From: Seison nebaliae
Taxonomy: Eukaryota
DNA length: 64,000 bases
Direction: 5' to 3'
Assembly: GCA_023231475.1 (NCBI GenBank)
Contig: JALJEE010000939.1
Span: 1 to 64,000 of the forward strand
This document shows positions 59,101 to 64,000 of the stretch, in pieces. The stretch's first letter is position 1. Each line of letters starts with the position of its first letter. Below the pieces are notes generated by a model, which did not search any database, was not told the DNA's origin, and saw nothing but the letters and a program-made list of their open reading frames with translations. A program made the translations under genes and the position numbers.

Positions 59101-59318
59101 CTATTCTTTATTTCTCCATCAGTTTTCTTATGTTTTTGCTTGTTGTTTCGATGTTCTCATCAATATTTTCTTCCATCGTGTATTCCTGCCGTTGTTGAAA
59201 TTGCGTTGAAAATTAAAAAACAAATATATTCTTTTTTTGTTTCTTCCCAATAATAACAAAATTCTAGAGAACCTCTTACTTCTTATTTTGATTCGTGAAT
59301 AGTAACTAATTCATTTTA

Positions 59319-62300
59319 ATGTCTTTAATTTCAAGGAATTATCCAAATTATCAAACAACTTCATATGAACCAAATGCTTCTCAATATCAGCCTGAACACA
59401 GTCGAACTTCTTTGAATAAATACCATTGGAAAGAAGAAGATAAACCGAATGAATTATATTCAAATTGGAATCATCAAGACAATCCCAATGAACGGTCGAC
59501 GAATGATACGTCTCTGAGAAGAATAAGTAAGAAAGCCATCGAACTCAATACGTTACTCAACAAGAATGGCCCGACGAAGAATCGCATTACAATTTCATCA
59601 ATAAAACCCGACCTGAAATCTTATAATAATATCATTTCTGATACAAATAAAAATAATCATTATTATAATCGTTCGAATGATTATCAAACCAATTCCAAAT
59701 ATGAGAAGACTATTGAAATTCAACCGACAAAATATTCGGTTTTAATGCAACCAATTCATTCTCCAACGAGTTTTAATAATCAGAATTACGAACAGAATTA
59801 TCATCAGAATCAACAACCATCATTGATCACTAATTATAATAACAATCAGAGAAATAATTTCACTCATCAACCAAATTCATTCGATAATAACAATAGTAAT
59901 CAACCCAGAAAGAATAGTATTGTGACTCTGAACTTAAGACGAATAAACACACAATTAAATGATTCGGAATCTATCAATAAATTCGGATATATTTATTACG
60001 ATCCTGATAAACAATCAATAAATAAGCAAATTGAATCCAATCAATCAAATATGGATCGATCTGGAGCAATGCCATTTCGAAGAACAACAATATCATCAAT
60101 TAATATTCCAATGGCTGACTATGACAATGCAGTTCCATCCAATAAATTAAATAAATGGAATATTAAAAGACGTCTCAGTAGTGAAACCGAAAATATCAAA
60201 GATTTATCCACCGATTATGATTACACACCTCACCATAATCCGGTAGGCGAGAGTAATAATCCAATTGCTATCAAGATCAGTAGTACTGCACCAACTATTC
60301 ATCGACTACCGAAATATAATCAATCTCCAAATAACGAGAATAATAATATGATTCAAAATAAATTTTCTAATTATGATTATGGTCGATATCAACCAAAATA
60401 TTCCAATTTCTCTCAAAATAATGATAAAATATTTTATCCTCAACCCACTCTACAATCGATTAACAAACCGAATTCTTTTTATAATCCTGATTCATCACCC
60501 GCTTCATATAAACCTGATTTATCATCAACATCTTATAAACCTGATATACCATCAACGTCTTATAAACCTGATATACCATCAACATCTGATAAACCTGATC
60601 TGGCATCAACATCTTATAAACCCAATTTGTCACCAAGAAATTACCAACCTGAACCATCATTATTATCATACAAATCAGAACCATCAGCAATGTCGTACAA
60701 TCCCGATCAATCGCCAGTATCATATGAAAATCGTTATAAACCATTTAGTCGTCCAAGTAACCTGAAATTATTTACTCCAATGGCACAACCAAATATTTGG
60801 CAACCTCAAGTTCACACTCCAAAATCGACGTCAGAAGATTCTCAAAAAAGTTTTCCCGTTTTTACCGACAGTTATTCGACAGGACAGACTGATCAGGAAA
60901 ATTATTCGAATCCCATTTATCAACCATCAGAATCAACACTTGTGCCACAAAAAATCGAACCTCAATATGACGAATGGTGGAAGAATGAGAAAGATATCGA
61001 GAATTATGACAGAAACGAACCAAATGACCATTATCGAATGGGGAGACCATTAGCACGAAAAACTCATTCAGAAAAATATCGTTCATGTTCCCCATCTAAA
61101 AACAGTTTCAATATTCGATCTTATAATAATCATTCATTCATGTATCTTAAACTAATTTGTTCTAACAGAAATTGGTAGTCGGAGATCGGTAATGCCATGT
61201 TGCCCACCGTATTTCGGAGATGTACATCGTCGAAGTCGCATGGACTTAAAGAATGAGCACAAACGCTTAGCACATGCCATAGCTGCATCATTAGATCCAT
61301 CAGTTAGTAAACAATTATTTAACACACCAACATCTTTGGGAAGTCATAATGACATGCTCAAGGTATTCTCCTTTATTGTTACCGTTGCCAGAAAACTACC
61401 TTTCTATTTCATCTATCTATCTATATATCTATCTATCTATTTACATATGCTATTTTATTACTTAATTCCTTTCTAATTATTTTACACAAACATCTTCATA
61501 AAACGTGCCATTCCCTAAAAGATCGTTTTAATATAGGAGAAACACTTTCGAAAAAAACAAAAATCTCTAAAATTATTGCCATTAACAGGTTACAGAACGA
61601 TTAGCTGAGAGAGAGAAAATGAGACAAGGATATCCTGCTTCCGAATGCCAAAGTGTTCTCGATACGGAAATACCAGATGTCGTCCTTCGAAGTGTTGAGA
61701 TGGCGAAGCAGCAAGTTAAAATTTCTTCCAATTACTCAATAGCTTTTGGATTTTTCTTGCAGGATGCAAATTCACAAATCGCTTGTGCTAACGATTGGGC
61801 AGATACGAGGGCAGCGGTGGGTGAAATTTCCTGTCCAGAAACTACATCTCAGATAAGTGCAGCACATGCCATAGCTAACGATATAACTGGAGGATTACAA
61901 TCGCCATTCGGACGCTCATCTGGAAAAGGAGCAAAATTATTTCAAGTTTCGATAATAAAATTCATTCTCCATCTTTTTAATTATTATTTCCAATCGTTAA
62001 CAGAAAAGAAGGGAACGTAGTGAAAAATTTATTGTTGATGAACAAACGAGAAATCGTTTCCAACCGACGACTCAAACACCAACACCAGTTTATGCCGAAT
62101 TACCGATAAGATATACCCAAAGTGATGCAGATGAAATCAGTTCATACGATCGATCTTCCACCAATCAATACAATTTTTATAATCCAGAACAAAATGCTGC
62201 ACCAAAAGTATTCCCATCTTATTTACCTGCCAATCTCAAAGTTTAATTATATTATTAAATAAATTTTTTTTACATGTTTAAATTTTCATTTATTCTAAAA

Positions 62301-62504
62301 TTAAAGAATGAAAAACCATCAAACGAGTATAGTGATCGACGTACATTTAACGCCAAACCAAAAGGTTGGACACCAAATTACACAAGTTCCCGTTTTTTTT
62401 CGAGAGGTTTCTAACAACTTCATTTTTGATATGTTTCAGTGACAACACCTTCATTACAATCGTTCTCAACAAATACGGAGAAGCCAAATTATACGGATTT
62501 ATAG
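59319..62504 (+). CDS. Calsarcin/myozenin-synaptopodin-like Z-disc protein with a long low-complexity N-terminus, 6 exons
   Basis: Spliced GKGAKLFQ|KRRERSEKFIVDE, RTFNAKPKGW and the C-terminal YTDL resemble the KG..LF..R..R..KF, FNRT(P/A)xxW and acidic-DL ends of calsarcin/synaptopodin proteins. Introns 61105-61168, 61363 or 61378-61588, 61946-62003, 62241-62306 and 62386-62439. Confidence 0.65.
60471..60730 (+). repeat. 27-bp coding tandem repeat (STSYKPDIP-type nonapeptide, about 9 degenerate copies)
   Basis: TCTTATAAACCTGATATACCATCAAC-type units translate as PASYKPDLS STSYKPDIP STSYKPDIP STSDKPDLA STSYKPNLS ... Confidence 0.85.
61411..61440. repeat. (ATCT)n microsatellite, intronic
   Basis: ATCTATCTATCTATATATCTATCTATCTAT. 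Confidence 0.85.
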
Positions 62505-62839
62505 AAGGATCGTTAATTAATAATTTATTTTTGATTATTGATGGTGAAATTAATAATCTCTCTTAAACATTTAATGATAATAACCCGGTCTTCAATATTT
62601 TTGCGCTTCAATCTCATTTTTGCATTCGAAATGTTTATCGCATTTATGATTTTACTTCATATGGGAATATAATCATCTTTCTCTATATTTCAACAAAATA
62701 ACTTGCGATATTCATTGACATCTCTTGGCTTCTATATAAATTAATGGTATTACTTCCATCACAACCTTAACCAACCGAACAAGTGTTTTATTATTTTTAA
62801 CTACAAAAATAATCGATGAATAAACTTACGTTAAATAAA

Positions 62840-63879
62840 ATGATATTTCATATTTCATTTATCCTTCTCCTTATATTTCGATCCATCCAAGGTTCGTTCA
62901 ATTTGGATGTTCTTCAAATATTTCATTTTCTCATTATCATTAGGAGACTTAAGAGATTATGGTGGAATTTATTTATGGAGAGATTTTTGTAAAAATGATA
63001 AAATGTTGATAAACATTCGTCTCACTTCCACCAATACCAGTAGTCCAAATCATAAAAAATCAGACAAATGTACATTAGAGACTTTTGCATTCAAAGAAAA
63101 GCATACTATGACTGATTTCTTATTTTACACTATTTATTTTCAAATCGTAAACCAAATGGATAGAAAAGTGACGACGCCGGGAGAAAAGAAAGAATCGTTT
63201 AAACCGTTCGATATGGAATTCGAGTTTGATGTTAATAGAAATTTGACAGTTGATCAACGTTTTCCTGTAAATAAATACTTATTGAAATGTGAAGATTCAA
63301 GGGGCAATGATCGGGCATTTGTTATTATAACTCTCATATAAAATTAGTTTGTTCATTTTAGATAAAAGATTTCCTTCTCTGCAACAGGCTGTGAAGGGAA
63401 TATCGTTATTCCAATGACGAACAAAAAATTAGTAATAGCTGCACCATTAGCGCCATGTGAGGTTCAGAATTATTATCAAATCGATCTAATATTCGTCATA
63501 AGTTAAATTAGACAATAATGACTCTTGAAACTCAACCGAACGATACATTGTTCCTACATTTATGTCTCTTCGCCAGAGGTGATGCAGTTCAAAACAATTC
63601 ATCATCGGTTTATCAATTAACAATCTCAACAGTTGAATTAATTGTCTATTGCAGGTACCTACCGAATTCTTACCTTTGAAAGATATCACCTTCTTCTATC
63701 CCAACAATTATTTGCAGGACAGAAGTGCCCAACCAAAATTCCCTATGAACAGTTTATCGAGAATCTTAGGCTCCGCTTTAATCATTTCCATACCCGTCAT
63801 TATAATTTGCATCATATCGTGGATTGTATTCTGCGTTAAATTATCTCTAAAAGATCATCATATTATTATGAGAAAATAA
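62840..63879 (+). CDS. Orphan type I membrane protein, about 5 exons
   Basis: Signal peptide MIFHISFILLLIFRSIQG, a Cys-containing ectodomain and a C-terminal TM (ILGSALIISIPVIIICIISWIVFCV). The frame is restored by introns 62892-62943, 63321-63368, 63462-63511 and 63608-63654 (all GTT). No family recognised. Confidence 0.55.
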
Positions 63880-64000
63880 AAATTGTTATAAAAAAATTTT
63901 CAATTAATAACTGAACTTAAACTAACATAAGTCATTAAAATTTAACTTTTTGGTGAGGTATAACCAAAACTATTTGGCACTTTCATGAGAAATACTGAAC

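Noticed and set aside
60373..60765. LINLIYHQH-repeat ORF and its antisense ORF
   Set aside because: These are alternative frames of the 27-bp SYKPD coding repeat.

Overview
AT-rich, gene-dense DNA from a compact animal (invertebrate) nuclear genome. Animal origin is inferred from the procollagen lysyl hydroxylase, the Sidekick-like Ig/FN3 receptor, the EGF protein and the calsarcin-like protein. The species cannot be determined from the sequence. The left end holds a CACTA/EnSpm-type DNA transposon (transposase plus a micro-exon DUF4806-like second gene) with two CCC...GGG mini-elements, followed by a foldback-like element and tRNA-like SINE copies. The rest holds about 18 host genes: DUF229, DCTD, RSL1D1, FBL, Sidekick-like, IDH3B, NTMT1, MRPL13, LSM4, PIGV, PPP1R8, DUF4708-like, PLOD, an EGF/GPI protein, BAZ1A-like, RPS29, a small secreted protein, a calsarcin/synaptopodin-like protein and an orphan type I membrane protein. 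The main observation comes from reconstructing about 52 short introns (mostly 39-60 nt) by hand: 49 begin GTT, with no +4 to +6 consensus, instead of the usual GTRAGT. This includes all 24 introns in FBL, PLOD, RPS29, LSM4 and PIGV, and it points to a lineage-specific 5' splice-site code. All gene models are manual and untested against transcripts.
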